A DNA stretch of 64,000 bases, taken from NCBI GenBank assembly GCA_009602735.1, contig WELA01003053.1, forward strand, positions 53,298 to 117,297, written 5' to 3'. The notes beneath the pieces were generated by a model that saw nothing but the letters and a program-made list of their open reading frames with translations, did no database searches and was not told the DNA's origin. How positions within the stretch are numbered: the first letter of the stretch is position 1; every line of letters begins with the position of its first letter. Positions 10,953-25,900 of the stretch are shown in pieces. Both the position numbers and the translations under genes were made by a program. The stretch is from Mesotaenium endlicherianum. Lineage: Eukaryota.

Positions 10953-13900
10953 ATGGTCTCATTTGAGTCCGCTTTTGCAAGCCAGATTGGGTTCCTCCTT
11001 GCAAACTTGAGCAAGAAGAACCTCGGTGAAAGCATTCAGGTGAGGATATGGTCTACAAACGCAGAGGACCTGTCTTGATTTTGTGGTAAAAGTAAAGGTT
11101 CGATTTGCGATGCGGACGGTCCTTAACTAGACTTCCAGGTTCTTGTCATCTCATTTACGACCCTGATGCTCGGCATTTGTATTTGTGCAGCTCCTTGAAA
11201 TTTATGGCCTAGATGGCGCTGTTATACTTCTCCAGTGCTGTTTGGAATCGGTAGATTTGGAAGAAGCTTCTGCTGAGCATCAACAGTTGAAATTACAGCT
11301 TGTAACATCAGTTCTCGAGAAGCTGGTTGTTCGGCCCGATTTTGCAACACTTATCTGTCAAGCATTTTCAAGACTGTCTCTTGACAGCCCGACGTTCTCC
11401 AGTGAGCTTATAAGGGCTACGCGACTTGTGACAGCATCCCAGTTACGTTTTGGCCTTGCTCTTTCCGAAGGGGAAGATTCTTCTTTAAGTCACGAAGGTG
11501 AGAGAACGTGATTTTGCCGTGGCTCTGCTTGCAAGTTCTGTACACATGAAGCAACGAATGGTTGTGTGTAGAATTCATAGAGACTTTATCTCGTCACTGA
11601 TATTGATAAATAGCCTTACATATGACAATTAGACTCTAGTGGTCGTCTTGGTGAACTGTGCCCTCAGTCATCTGTGGTGTTTCTGTTGCAGGGCAGGAGA
11701 TTGTTAAGGAGGGGTTGGTCCATTTTTTACAAGAAACACCCCCCTTGACCCAGTCTGCATCTCTCCTGCAGCATTTGCTGCTTGCCCTTAGGGAACAGCA
11801 TGACCTTTCCAAGCACACAGACCTATTTTTGAGTTCTTTAAGTCGCATCCGTTCGCCAGGGGAGTCACAGTACATACTTGCTCCTCTGGTTTACGAGGAA
11901 GTTACAGAAGTCAATTCTTTGAGGTAAATCATTTTCTGGTTGTAAAGGCTTTGCTTATGATGTGCTTAACTCTGTTCGATTATACCCTCTTCATGTGGGT
12001 GCATTTCATGACATCCCTAGTCTTCGTCTTCCCAAGTTAATATCGTGAGTTTTATTATTGGTGTAATGGCAGAAATTACTTCGAAGAGTCTACTTCCTCT
12101 TTGTATAACATGGTCACGGAGTTGGAAGAGGCCAATTCTCTTGCGAGCATTATGGAGGAACTTGGGTATAATTGCTCTGCAAGCATGGAGCACTACCAGA
12201 GCATACTGGACGAATTTAGCAGCACCGGGAAAGATGCACTAGAAAGGCAGGCTGCCTGTGTTATTGCTATGGCTGCACGTACACACATTGGATTAGAACA
12301 CGAATCCCTTGCTGAAGTAGCCCTGGCTACCGTGCTGGGAAGAGGTCACCCATTGGTCTCTGCTGAAGGGACCAGCTTGAAGAGTTGGGACAAGGATGTC
12401 CTGGGAGAATGGCTTCAGCAGGTGGTCAGTACCTTCACGCAAATTTTGCTCTATACTTATTGAGAGGAACTATAGTGAACCCAGAATTTTAGTCGTAGTT
12501 GCCATAGGTCATGGAGTTGATGCGTACTATGTGTACGTTTTATTATTTCTTATTGCTCGCAAACATTAGTCTTGACTTGCATTGTCTTTGCTGCGTATGC
12601 ACAGGTTTCAACAAGCAGCTGGACTTCTGTCGTGGAGAACCTAGACCACGAAGGTTTCTTCTTACCGGACCAGAAGTCTTTTGCCTACATCATGGATATT
12701 CATTCTCGAATGTCAAGGGTATGTTGACCAAGTCTGCAGTCACGCTGTTTCTTGGTGATGTCAAACCAGCTACATTTGCAAATTATGCCAGCAAGCTTGC
12801 CATCGCTTGTCATAAAAAGACCTGTGCGCGGTACCTACTGAAGTTACACACTTAGCAGTAAGTGAAATAACAAACATCATGGATTATGATTACAATTTGT
12901 GAACGCATTTCTTTGGTTCCTTCATGCGGATATGTGACTCAGGTCCGAAGTGAATTTGCTACAACGACCTACAATATGCGTTTAATCTGTTTGTATATAT
13001 GCCTCGTTCAACAATTGCTTATTATCTCTACTTATCTGCCTTGCAGGAACTTTTCCCGTTGTTGGCGATTTGCCGCCATGTGTGGAAGAATGCCGAGGGA
13101 CAACTCTCCTTCTTGCACTTTGCGGTTGCTGCACCTCCAGAGTTGTTTACTTTTGCTCACTCTGAGCGTCAGCAGGTAAGAGGTGCTTTGCAGCTAGGTG
13201 GAGCCTCTTTTTAATTATTTAAATTACAGTTTGTGTACTAGTGGTTAGTGCCAACCTCTAAAAGCTACCCTCTTTCCTTCCCCCCCCCCCCCCCCCGGGG
13301 CCCCCCCCNNNNNNNNNNNNNNNNNNNNNNNNNNNNNNNNNNNNNNNNNNNNNNNNNNNNNNNNNNNNNNNNNNNNNNNNNNNNNNNNNNNNNNNNNNNN
13401 NNNNNNNNNNNNNNNNNNNNNNNNNNNNNNNNNNNNNNNNNNNNNNNNNNNNNNNNNNNNNNNNNNNNNNNNNNNNNNNNNNNNNNNNNNNNNNNNNNNN
13501 NNNNNNNNNNNNNNNNNNNNNNNNNNNNNNNNNNNNNNNNNNNNNNNNNNNNNNNNNNNNNNNNNNNNNNNNNNNNNNNNNNNNNNNNNNNNNNNNNNNN
13601 NNNNNNNNNNNNNNNNNNNNNNNNNNNNNNNNNNNNNNNNNNNNNNNNNNNNNNNNNNNNNNNNNNNNNNNNNNNNNNNNNNNNNNNNNNNNNNNNNNNN
13701 NNNNNNNNNNNCCCCCCCCCCCCCGGGGGCCCCCCCATGCACACCTTCTCTTTACAAGATATTAAGAATGTGATTCTGGGCAAGTCATCTTGGTTGGATT
13801 TTGTTTTGCAGCCTCCTGTGGCCGGACTTCATGGCCATAAGTCGCCCTATGGAACACCAAACCATGCGTGGTTGTCGCTGGACCTTCTGGAGGTGCTCTG

Positions 13901-16900
13901 CCGGCTGGCTGAGGCCGGGCATGCGGCGGCAGTACGGGCAATCATGGACTATCCTCTAAAGCACTGCCCAGAAGTCCTTCTCCTGGGGTTAGCCCAGGTC
14001 AAGGTATTTCCTTGAATGCCCTGCTTGTTGCTTGCTCAGATGTGGGGGTTATGTTATTGCATTGCTACTCGTGACCCCTGCCTGCAGTCTTTCCGTGCCT
14101 TTGAGTTCACTCCAGACGAGTTTTGTGGACTCCTGACCTCCAATGGTGGCGGCTTTTGTGCAGACTGAGTGGAACTTGATACAAAGAGAAATAATGACGG
14201 TCTTACTTCCGACGTATCTTTCTAATAACCCGAATTCAAGTACTGTCCTCCATCTCCTCTGGCCGCTAAACCGAGAGGCAGTGACTGGCGCAATGGTGGA
14301 GATGCATGCCAAAGATTCCAGCACCGTTTCGAGACTACTTGACGTCTGCCAAGATTTAAAGGTGGGCTTGTTTTACTTCATTGTATTGTCGCTTAGGTCA
14401 CCAGGTTGAGTTGCAGCCTAGCACTCCAAGTGTTTCATGAGCTGGTGGCTTCAGGAGGGGTGAGGGTTTTTGGCTTTGTGTTGAATTTTTCCACGTCAAG
14501 GTGCCGCACGAGGGGGATATGCCTGCGTAGTTCTCTTTGCAATTTTGGTACCTAATTATGGTCTTGAGGCTAATGCTGTGTTCTTCTGCGTGGCAGATTC
14601 TCTCTGTGGTGCTGGATACCACGCCCTTCCCTTTCGCAATTGACTTGGCTGCGTTAGCCTCTAGGCGTGAGTATCTGAACCTTGAGAAGTGGCTTCAAGA
14701 CAGCATCAATGTTCATCGAGACTCCTTGTACGAGGTAAGTGTCTAGCAGTGCAGGAGTTTGAGGGTTTATGAGAAATGACAATGGTGGTATGTGTACCTA
14801 AATATGCATATAACGATGCTTTTCCTGGTTGTCAACCGAGAGTCAATATTTGATGCTGGAGCTCTCTGTCTACAACATGTGGCTTGTGCTACTTTCAATG
14901 ACTTTGTCAACATATGAATGTTCACGACGTAATTGCTTGGCAATTTCTTGATGCAGGCTTGTCTCAACTACCTCAGAGAGAAGACACTGGCTGATCCAAA
15001 GGTGGACGCGCAGCTCGGGCAGAGGGCTGGGCCTGTCATCAACCTCTCTCTAGAAACTACTGCAATATTTTTCAAAGTAAGTTGCAGGGCTTTCATTGAG
15101 CTTTTGCAGAGCTTTGGCAGAGCTTTTAGAGAGATATCACTAAGTTACTCATGGACCCTGTGCTCAAGTCTCTGTTCATGATGATCAGTGAAGGGGCATG
15201 GATTATTTCCTACATTGGTTATGTACCCTTGTGCCGAGTGTGTGTCAAACTTGACTGATTGAAGTGCTTGGTGGCTGTTGGATAGGGCAGGTTCTGCAAG
15301 CTAGTATGGCGGCGCTCAGCTCAAGGGAGCTTGGTGAGGAAATGAAGAAACTTTACGGTTCGGCAGTGAGAGCGAATCCCAGGCTTCTCAGTGTGGGCAC
15401 TGAGCAGCCCTCCTCTGACATGTTTGCGAGCGATGTCGAGGAAGAGGCCAACTCTTACTTTCAGAAGATATACATCGGGCAGCTCTCTGTGAACGAAATT
15501 GTTGACATGCTGAAGCGGTTCAGCCGCTCTTCTGTGCAGAGGTATGCACATTCTTCCGCTTAGTGATTCTGATGATATCTGCTTGTCTTTTTCAAGTGAC
15601 AAGTAACAAATGCAGCAGTCACTAGCAACGCTTCTTTAATTTGTGACCATAATAAAATTAGAAGGCTCAGGTCTAAGTGGGCTTTTTGGGCATGGTGGTG
15701 GCAGGGAGCAAGAGGTATTTGCTTGCATGGTGCAGAGCTTGTTTGATGAGTACCGCTTCTTTCCTCGATATCCTGACAAGGAGCTGCGCATTACCGCCCT
15801 TCTCTTTGGTAAGCACCTGCCTTTCTTCTCATTTGTGCATATATCTGCACATATGTCTCGCCATGTCATTGATGTCATCTGCATGCCACCTCTTTGTGCT
15901 TATGCTGCAGTCAGCTCTCATATTGTCAGATGCAAGCCCTGGGGTGGCTGCCGGGTCAAGTCGGAGTAGGTCATGCCCTGTGTCATGTTTGTGACTGCAA
16001 ACGTGCAGGTTCCCTCATCAAGCATCAGCTGGTGGCATCCATTACCCTTGGAATTGCCCTGCGCTGCGTTCTGGATGCTCTGCGCAAACCCCTGGACTCC
16101 AAGGTACGGCATCCTTCTGCCTGCCAAGGGGTTGAGAACTATCCCGGTGATGTGCCTAGGGTTCACACTCCTGCAGCAAGTGCTGCACGTACCAAGATAT
16201 TCTGTGGCTGTAATTCACCCGGGGACGATAAAAACAGCACGGGAGTAGGGGTTTAACTTTCAGGGCGCAAGAACATGAGCCTGGGACGTTTTTTGTGCCT
16301 CTCCTATTCTGAAGGGCTCTCTTTGTTGCGTTCTGTGGGCTGCAGATGTTCTCCTTTGGGCTGACTGCGTTGGAGCAGTTTCTGAACCGTCTGGTCGAGT
16401 GGCCCCAGTACTGCAACCACATTCTTCAGATCGCTCACATCCGCGAAGCGCATCCAGAGCTCATGGGCTTTGTGGAGAGGGCCCTTAGCAGGTTCCCTGG
16501 CACTCTTCCGGAACCCGCCAGTCAGGAGCAGCAGCAGCAGCAGATTGCCCAGGAGCAAGCCATGGCTTACTCCATGGGCTTGCCCACAGAAGGGGCCGAC
16601 GCTTCTGTTACCGGGACTCTCAGGGAGCCTGAGCCTGGCGGGAATGAACAAGCCTCGCAGCAAACACCTGGCGCAACAGAAGGAACCGTGGAGGTACTTT
16701 TCTCGTCGACTCTTTAGTCTACTCAGAGTTAACTTGTGGCTGCTCCCTTTCACTCCTAAACATCAAGTTGGCCTCTTATGCAGCTTGCTTTGTAGGCATA
16801 TGCTTTCTCCCTGCTGCTTTTTGCGAGGAGGACTTGGTAGTGCTGCTGCCTTCCCCAGCTGCATGGTTCTACGTGGGGTGAGCTGAGTTGTGCATGTCTT

Positions 16901-19900
16901 GATGTGGCTGCGCAGTCAAAGGAAAGAGCCCACGAGGGGGGCACTGCCGCTGCATCTCATGCATCGCAGCAGGCAACAGCTGCAGGACCAGCAGCACCAC
17001 CAGAGACAGCAGGGCAGGGCCAGGGAAGGCCTGCAGCTCAGGAGCAGCAGGCGGCTGATGCAGAACAGCGTCAAGAGCCTTCCCAGGTGCCCGCCCAGGC
17101 TGCAACTCCTCCCCCTGCTGACGGTTCTGGCACTCCGGCTCCGTCCGCTGAATCATCTGATGTAAGCCATGTGATCCTCCTCTCTATTTTCAGCCACTAC
17201 GAAGGGCATGCTTAGCCACCTTGTGTTGGTTATGGGCCATGGCTAAAGACTCATTTGTTGTCTAGACCGGCACCCCTTGTGTAGGAACAGGATGGAACCT
17301 GGTGTGAGTGCAGTGTTTGCTGTATTTTGTGAGCAGTTGGCACATTAGGTGTGCGCACCTGTGCTCGTCAACGCTTCCTGTCCTTGTTAAAGTTGGGGCT
17401 TGGTCTTCTTCACTTCATCATGCGTCAGCATGTCGCTGAGTGCGGGCCTGGATTTGTTCTCTGCAGGCCCAGGCAAATGTGCAACAACCTGGACAGCAGC
17501 CCCAAGCTCCTCCTGCTAAGCAGCAGGAACTCCTGAGACCGTCAGTTAAGCCAAATGCAGGTACTTAGTCAGATATCATTTCGTCCCTGGATAGAGTAGA
17601 TGAAGTGTTGTTTTTGCTCTTTGGTGTAGTTAGTTGCTTGCACCTGTCAAGAACGTTGTCTTGGAGGTGTGGATTAAGGTAGTCGAAAGGGAATTGCCGA
17701 AGGGTTAAAGGTAGGTTGAAGGGACATGGCTTTGGGCCTGGGCCTTCTGCTACGTGCATCCTCAGCGTAGCTGATGTATGTGTGCTCGTTTTTCCAGGAG
17801 GGAACCGACCATCTGCCCCCGCTGCCGCCTTTGGCCACGCACTCAACATCGAGACTCTTGTTGCTGCTGCAGAGCAGCGTGACAGTGTGATTGAGGTACT
17901 CTCACAGACACGTCTGTTACTCGGCTGCTGTTTCACCGTCTTCAAGTAGCTGCTTGCTTTCACTGACTTAGGTATATATATTGTCGAAGTTATAGGCAGT
18001 AAAATGTTTGTGAAAAAGGTTGATCTGTTAAGACGACACCCATTGCTGTGGAGGGTGTGTACAGCTGCCTCCGTTGCAGATATGCTGTGTAGTGGTCAAT
18101 GATGAAGCTAGGTGCAGGTTGCGCACACATTCTCAAGTGATCTGCACCCCTGAGCGTGTGTTTTGTCTCATCCTTGTGGCCTGCAGGTCCCCTCTTTGGA
18201 CACGCAAGACAAAGTGGCGTTCAGTATCAACAACATCTCCCAGAGCAACGTTGATTTGAAGGCGAAGGAAATTTTGGACTTGCTGAAGGAGGAGCATTAC
18301 CCTTGGTTTGCCCAGTACATGGTCATGAAAAGGTGGGTACCTGTGATATTGCTCCTGTTGTGTTGGTTAAGGTGGCTGATAAGTTTTTGTATGTATACAT
18401 GTTAACTTGTAACCATATCAATGTGGAGCATCATGTAAGCTTCAGGGCGATGCCCTCGTTGCTTCTTGCTTCGCTTTTCTTTAAGTGGTCTGATCACAAT
18501 ATTCTGACTTTGAATGACAGAGCAAGCATTGAGCCCAACTTCCATGAGCTCTACCTGAAGTTCTTGGATAAGATGGGCATCAAGCCGTTAAATAAGGAGA
18601 TTCTGAAGGCTACCTACGAGAACTGCAAGGTATGACTTGCATTCCTTAAGCCGATCTTTCAATTTGGCCGTGTGGTATATTTTGTTAGCACATGTGCTCC
18701 AGCACTGACGCGCACGTGCACGCACACACACAACACGCGCACACATGCACGTTGAAGGTAGACTAGCGTGTACATAAGTCTGTGTAATTACCAGGCTAAT
18801 GGTTGCTGTGTGCCTTGCAGGTCCTTCTGCGTTCTGAGAGGATCAAGATAAGTTCTGAGGAGCGTTCGCTTCTGAAGAACCTCGGGACTTGGCTCGGCCT
18901 GCTTACTATAGCAAGAAACCAGCCTCTCAGGGCCAAGGAGATTGATCCCAAGGCTCTTGTGGTGGAGGTAAGCTGCGAAGGAGCTCCTTACTTGTACATT
19001 ACACGCGCTGGCGTAGTAGCTGGCAATCTCCTCTCGTGCAGTTGCAGAATAAGCCGTCTGAGATGTATGTGTGAGTCATGTGGTCAGTAGCTCACTATTG
19101 CTGGGTACGCTTGGTTTTGTGCAGGCATACGAGAAGGGGTTCATGATTGCCATCGTGCCCTTCACGTCCAAGGTAACGCGCCGTTACTTCTGCTGAAGCT
19201 GTGCTGACTTAGAGCTTCCTGGTGTACGTGTGTATTTGCCCAACTTTCATGTGAGAGTTCCTGACTGTGGGCCTTCTTTTGAGCGCCTGGCGCGGAGGGC
19301 ACTGCACCAGACTTGGCCAGTGCCTCTGTAGCCAGCTAGGCAGTCGCGGTGTCTGCGTGAGCAAGGCTTGCTGCTCCTGCTTGGAGGAGCTGCCATTGAG
19401 TTGCTTCTAGCTTTTCTGAAGAGGGGAAGCTTGATGTTTGCCACTTGTTTGGAGCTACAACATCGTTCTCACATTCTTCTCTGGAGGTGCTTGAAGGGGT
19501 CCATTGCTACTGGTCTGTCTGCTCAAGTTTGGGACGTTCAGAGTGCTGCTCGATAGGACCGGGACATTTGTTAGAGTAGGAAACTCATCGGCATTGTCGA
19601 GTACAACGATTGCCGGTATTCGAGGTTGATGCAGGGCCCAGCATTGTCTAGTACGTTGAGCGACAGAGTTCCTCTCGTGCTTGTTTGTGGTGGGCAGGTT
19701 CTGGAGCCTTGCCAGTCGAGCCTGGCTTACCAGCCTCCCAATCCGTGGACCATGGGCATCCTGGGCTTGCTGACCGAGATCTACCAGCTTCCGCAGCTGA
19801 AGCTGAACCTTAAGTTCGACATTGAGGTGGGCCTTCTTCTTCGGCTGGGCCTCCTCGTCCTTGTACAAAACTTCCTCGCTGCCCGAGGTGTCTTTCGAAT

Positions 19901-22900
19901 GCTTTGTTGCTCAAGTACTGGTCTGAGCGCGCTGCTTGGTGTAGTCCCAAGCTGGCAAATTTAGCTAGAAGTATTCAGCTCATAAGGTATTGGCTCAACG
20001 TGGAGGACATTGGAGAGTGTGGGTCAGATCTGAGATCGGAGGACAAATTCGAGACCTTCGAGGACATATGAGAGTGTGGAGGATAACTTGTGCTTGTGCA
20101 GGTGTTGTTCAAGAAGCTGAACGTGGACATGAAGGACGTGAAGCCAACCCAGCTGCTGAAGGGTCGCCAGAGGGAAATGGAGGGGAACCCGGATTTCTCA
20201 AATAAGGACCTGCTTGCCCAGCAGCAGCAGTCACAGCAGCAGCAACAGCAGCTGCCCTCCCAGGCTCCCCAGTCTTCGGCTCAGCCAAGTGCGGGAGCCG
20301 GCTCACGCACACCCACCGAAGCACAGGTTCCAGCGGCCTCCTCTCAGTCCCGGCCTGGAAGTGGCCCCCAATCAGGGAGCAATGCCCAGGTTAGTCCTCC
20401 ATGCCATCCGCACGTTCAAATCTGAGAGTCTCCTTTTCATGGCAGCTGCTAATGGGAATCCTTGGTGGTTTGAGTGGTTTCTGGTTTGGTAATTTGACGC
20501 ATCATCCAGGGTTCAAGGTTTGCATCTTGACGAGCTTGGAGATTCCTGGGTCTGTGGGTCTTTGGGTACCCTTCGAGGGCGCAGGGTGCGCCAGCTGGTA
20601 GGTTGCAAGGAGCTGCAGCTGCAGCGGCGGCGGCGGCAGCGGCAGCGGCAGCAGCAGTGCATGCAGAGGCGGACAAGGCTCCTGCTGCCCCTCATCTGGA
20701 CCGCTTGGCCGCTGCTCCCTCTGCAGGCCCAGCTGCGGCTGGAGGTCCCTTTTCTGGATCTCAGGTATGCTTAGTTTCTTCTGTAAGGCCCTTCAAGTCT
20801 GGAACCACCTTACCCGTCATCTGTGTTCTTGATGAACACAAGTGCACGGTACCGGTCAAGATCGACTGCTTCCTATTGCATATGCAGTCCTGTGCCGCTG
20901 GTGAAATCAAGGAGGCAATTGTTATTTTTCTGCAGTTGCTGACATGCCTGCATGGCGTCTCCCTGCCTGGTGGTACGTCGTGCGTCGGCAGGGCTCTGGG
21001 ACGCTTCCAAACTTGGCTGAGTATGTCGTGATCAACGCCAAGCTGGCAAGCATCTCCCAGCAACTCCAGTTGACGCGGTGAGCAAGCCTCCTGAGCAGCT
21101 CCATTTAAGAGCGTCGCAGCACCTCTGCTTGCACTTGCTGATAGCCTCCACATTATGATCTGATGCATGCTTCGCCCTGCAGGTAAGTCACGTGCTGTGC
21201 ATGGAGGAACTAGGAGTCCTGGTTGAACTTCCCGACATGGCATGGAACATGGCGCGGGGGGGAGCTGAGCTTAGAAGGGCTGCAGGTGTAGACCTGGAAT
21301 GCGAGGGTTTATCAGCGCAGGGTGGAAACTACGAGGTAGCTAGAGGCCTAGCTCAGCTCAAGGTTCGGAGGGGACAAGGAGTGAGGGAGTTCTGAGTGTC
21401 AGTGCTGGGTGGAAAGTTTGGAATAGCTTGAGGGAGAGCTGAGCTCAAGAATCTCTGGCATGAACGGGCAATGCGGTGCAGGATTGTGCCGGGTGCTATG
21501 GAGCGTGCAATCCGGGAGGTCATCAGCCCCATTGTGGACCGCAGCGTGCACATCGCATGCAGAACCACCAGGGAGCTCGTGCTTAAGGTAAGCGATTGTG
21601 TTGTCGAGAGGCACCATTCATAAGAGGGGAATGGACTTTTACCCCCCCCCCCCCANNNNNNNNNNNNNNNNNNNNNNNNNNNNNNNNNNNNNNNNNNNNN
21701 NNNNNNNNNNNNNNNNNNNNNNNNNNNNNNNNNNNNNNNNNNNNNNNNNNNNNNNNNNNNNNNNNNNNNNNNNNNNNNNNNNNNNNNNNNNNNNNNNNNN
21801 NNNNNNNNNNNNNNNNNNNNNNNNNNNNNNNNNNNNNNNNNNNNNNNNNNNNNNNNNNNNNNNNNNNNNNNNNNNNNNNNNNNNNNNNNNNNNNNNNNNN
21901 NNNNNNNNNNNNNNNNNNNNNNNNNNNNNNNNNNNNNNNNNNNNNNNNNNNNNNNNNNNNNNNNNNNNNNNNNNNNNNNNNNNNNNNNNNNNNNNNNNNN
22001 NNNNNNNNNNNNNNNNNNNNNNNNNNNNNNNNNNNNNNNNNNNNNNNNNNNNNNNNNNNNNNNNNNNNNNNNNNNNNNNNNNNNNNNNNNNNNNNNNNNN
22101 NNNNNNNNNNNNNNNNNNNNNNNNNNNNNNNNNNNNNNNNNNNNNNNNNNNNNNNNNNNNNNNNNNNNNNNNNNNNNNNNNNNNNNNNNNNNNNNNNNNN
22201 NNNNNNNNNNNNNNNNNNNNNNNNNNNNNNNNNNNNNNNNNNNNNNNNNNNNNNNNNNNNNNNNNNNNNNNNNNNNNNNNNNNNNNNNNNNNNNNNNNNN
22301 NNNNNNNNNNNNNNNNNNNNNNNNNNNNNNNNNNNNNNNNNNNNNNNNNNNNNNNNNNNNNNNNNNNNNNCCCCCCCCAACCCACCCAGCCACCCTCAAA
22401 GGAAAACACCATCTAAATAGTTGACTTCTATTGTTAGCTGTCTACATTGGTGCTGGAAATTACCGGCTTTATGATAGTATTGCCAACTTGCGATTGTTCT
22501 TCTCATGCGCAGGCTTGTGTTCCTGTTTCCTGCGCTCTGGTCGTTGCTGGCAGCTTACAGCTGTTTGCTGTCTGTGTGGCTGGCGCAGGATTATTACATG
22601 GAGGGAGAGGAGAGCCGGATCATAAAGTCTGCCAACCTGATGTGCGCGAGCCTGTCTGGTAGCCTGGCCCATGTGACATCCAAGGTAGACCACGTGCCTT
22701 TATCTTCCTCCTGCAAAAGACTCACATCTGTTCTGTGCATTTGACGTTGGAGCATCCGCCAGAGCTTCCTTTCCAAAGAGCATGGAAGACATAGTTCCAC
22801 TTCTACTCGAGACTATAGGTCCACTGTGCATTTGAGTAAGTACTGTCTTTCTGCTTCTCCTGACGGCCACGCCGTGGTGGTGGGGCTGAGTGGGTGTGGT

Positions 22901-25900
22901 GCAGGAGCCCTTGAGGACATCAATTCAGACCCATCTCCGCAGCTTGCTGCAGGCTACCAGCGGCTCTGCAGAAGTCGATCAAGCCGTCACCCTACTTGTT
23001 AATGATAACTTGGACCTCGGCTGTGCCGTTATAGAGAAGGCCGCTACCGAGAAGGTGCGCATTCATACAGGCGCAGACGACGTGATTGTTGTTTGCATGA
23101 TTCTGTGCTATGCTACACACGCTTTGTCGGGACTCCTCTGGGTGCATTGGCAGGGCAGGAAGGCGCTTGCACTGGAGCTCCTTATCCCTCGTCTGCTATG
23201 TGGTTTGTCTAGTTTTTTTTTATTTAAGGTTTTGTCCACCTTCAGCAATCTAGTACTGCGTACTCAATCTCATTTGAAATATTGTCTTGGGGGTCCCACA
23301 TGTCATATGGTCTGGCAGGCTTTGAGGGAGCTGGAGGAGAGTCTGGGGCCTCAGATGCTGGCAAGGCGGAGGAGCAGGGAGCAGATGGGCGTGGCTCAGT
23401 TTGAGGCGTCCATCTTCTCTCAGGGCAACCTGGCCCCTCTGCCTGAAGCTCTGCGGCCCAAGCCCGGACGCCTCAATGCCACTCAGCAACGCGTCTATGA
23501 GGTCATTCGTCAGCCTCTCCCTCACGTGCTTGTCGAGCTACATTTCTTGCCTTGTGTGTCGCTTCTTCGTATCCTTCTTGTGGCCGGTCGATATGAATCA
23601 CAGTGACGTCATCGGAGGATGCCTTTCCCGATTCTTTCTTTTGGACAGGGGGGTCAGTCCGGAGGGGGGGCACGGGGGGAGCGCGCTTGGAGGAGTCGGG
23701 AGGGGGGGGTACATGCTGTACACGGGCGTACATTGCGGGGGTCCCTTCTTCTCTCACATTGCGCGTCAAGCCTGGTTGCTTGCAGGACTTTGCCCGCCTG
23801 CCATGGCAGAACCAGCCTGCATCTGCTGCTGCTGCCTCTGCGCCTGGCGTCGCTGCGAGCTCAGGTTCGACGGGGTCAGCTGCGCAGCCCAGTGCCGCAC
23901 GCGCCTCTTTCTCTTCCCAGCAGTCGCAGGGCCCTCCGGCCGGCCTCATTGCCACGCAAGAAGCTCTGGCTCTGGCACTCGCCACACAGCCTGTGGAGGC
24001 TGAGGTGGAACCCGTAGTTCCGCGTGCTGCCAGGTGCGACCACTTGTTCTTGAGTTGACCTCCAATATGCACAGTGCACATATACGTATGAACACCTATG
24101 TGGATACCGATATATTTACGCACGTTCACGTGTCTGTATGGGTGTATTCCGACCTTGTGAGGGAGGATTTTGTGGGAGAACTTTATTATAGGGCTTGTTC
24201 GAGTTTCTCTGGGCAGATGAGACTTCCACTGTGTGCGCTCGCCTTGCTGTTGTCTGGTGTTCTCATGTTCCTGTGTACTGTCCTCTTTGTGGTGTTGGGG
24301 GCGGGCGACTTGGCTACTGCCAGCATGAATGCTGGTGCATCGGAGTTGGGCGTTGCAAGTCAGTCAGGGGCTGCCTTCACTTCCCCGGGCATCGGTGGCA
24401 CACCTCCTCCTGCAGAAGCAGTGGAGGAGGCATTTGCACCCCTGGTATGTGCGCTTCGGGCTTGCTGTTGACTTATGAGATTTTATGAACGCTGACTCAT
24501 CTGTTACCCAGTTAAAAGTCTGCCACTTTTTAGATGTGTTGTTTATGCAAAGCTTAGTACGACGCACTGATATAGCAGTGTTTTTGTTTCTTTTGGGGCA
24601 TTTCATTGCGAGCTTCTGGTCTGGTCAGAACTTGCTCCCTAGGCTGGGGGCTTGCATGCTATCTGCTGAGAAGAATACACTCTGAAGTGATGAGAAGGTG
24701 AAGTTTGCATGGGCGTGGCTGACTTAATTTGCACAGTTTGTGAGGTAGAGGAGCTTGGCTTGCCCACTATCAATTTTCAGTGGCTTAGTTTTTCAAGCAG
24801 AGGGCCAAGAGTGCATAGGACTGCGTGATTGCCGGGGTGTGCACGTGTCTTGTGATCTTCTCATAGTCTTGGCAGCAACAAGTGAGGCAAGCTTAAGATG
24901 TTGCCATTGTGTCGACAGGCTCAGGCGGCTGTGGAGGCCCCGCCACCTGGGGCAGCTGCGGATCAGCTTGGACCTGCAGAGCCATCGCTGAGCACCGGAG
25001 ACGCCATCGAGAAGTACCAGCTTGTTGTGTACAAGGTTTGTGCTTCCAAGCTTTCCCCTTCTTCTGGCTTTCCACAAGAATGTGAGCCCTGGCATTACCC
25101 TTGATGATGCTGTTTGTGCTCGGGCCATATGCTGGGCGCTGGAACCTAGAGGGGTTTTGTGTGGAGGTTTCATCGGAAGGGTCTACATCGACATTGTTGT
25201 GTACGCTGCAAGTGTTTACTATACCATAGAGATGGAAGGGTTCGCGTCATTCATTGGGTTAATTGTAAGATAGGGGTGTATACTGCTGAGGGGTAGGATG
25301 TATTTAGTATCACTTTGTATCGGCCACTCTTGTAGCAGGAACTGACAAGTCTCCACCGTTATTTCTTGGACGCTGTGACTTTGGTGGGCAGCTGGACCAA
25401 GCAATCTCGCAGAGCCCCCAGTCGTCATATGCTTCGCTCCCTGCAGACCACGAGCTGCGGGTGAGACTGCCACCAGCTCCTTCCTTGTGTGTTTTCTGGG
25501 GGTTCTGTGTCTCTGTGGAATCCTCCTCTGGGAAATTATCGCTTCCCGCTTCTTGTGCTTATTGGAGTACTGCTGTCATTCCAGGTGCCCTGCTTCGACG
25601 CCTCCATTTTTAGTGCACCTAATAGCCCTAGCATCATGGATAGAGCTCACTGATAACGGCGTTGTTGTCGACCTGTCATGTTTGCAGAGCCTGGTAGCGG
25701 AGATCCACGATGTGGTCATTCAGTCTGTGAGCCGTGACGAAGCAGCCCTTGCTATTGCACAGAAGGTATGTTTACGTCGTTTTGCTTAGCCCAAGAAGTG
25801 AATTTATACAGGGGTGACGGAAAGACGTTTTTACTTTAAAAGACCGCATAGTTATATGTTTAGCGTGTCTTTTGCACTATACAAAGTGCAGAAGATACTG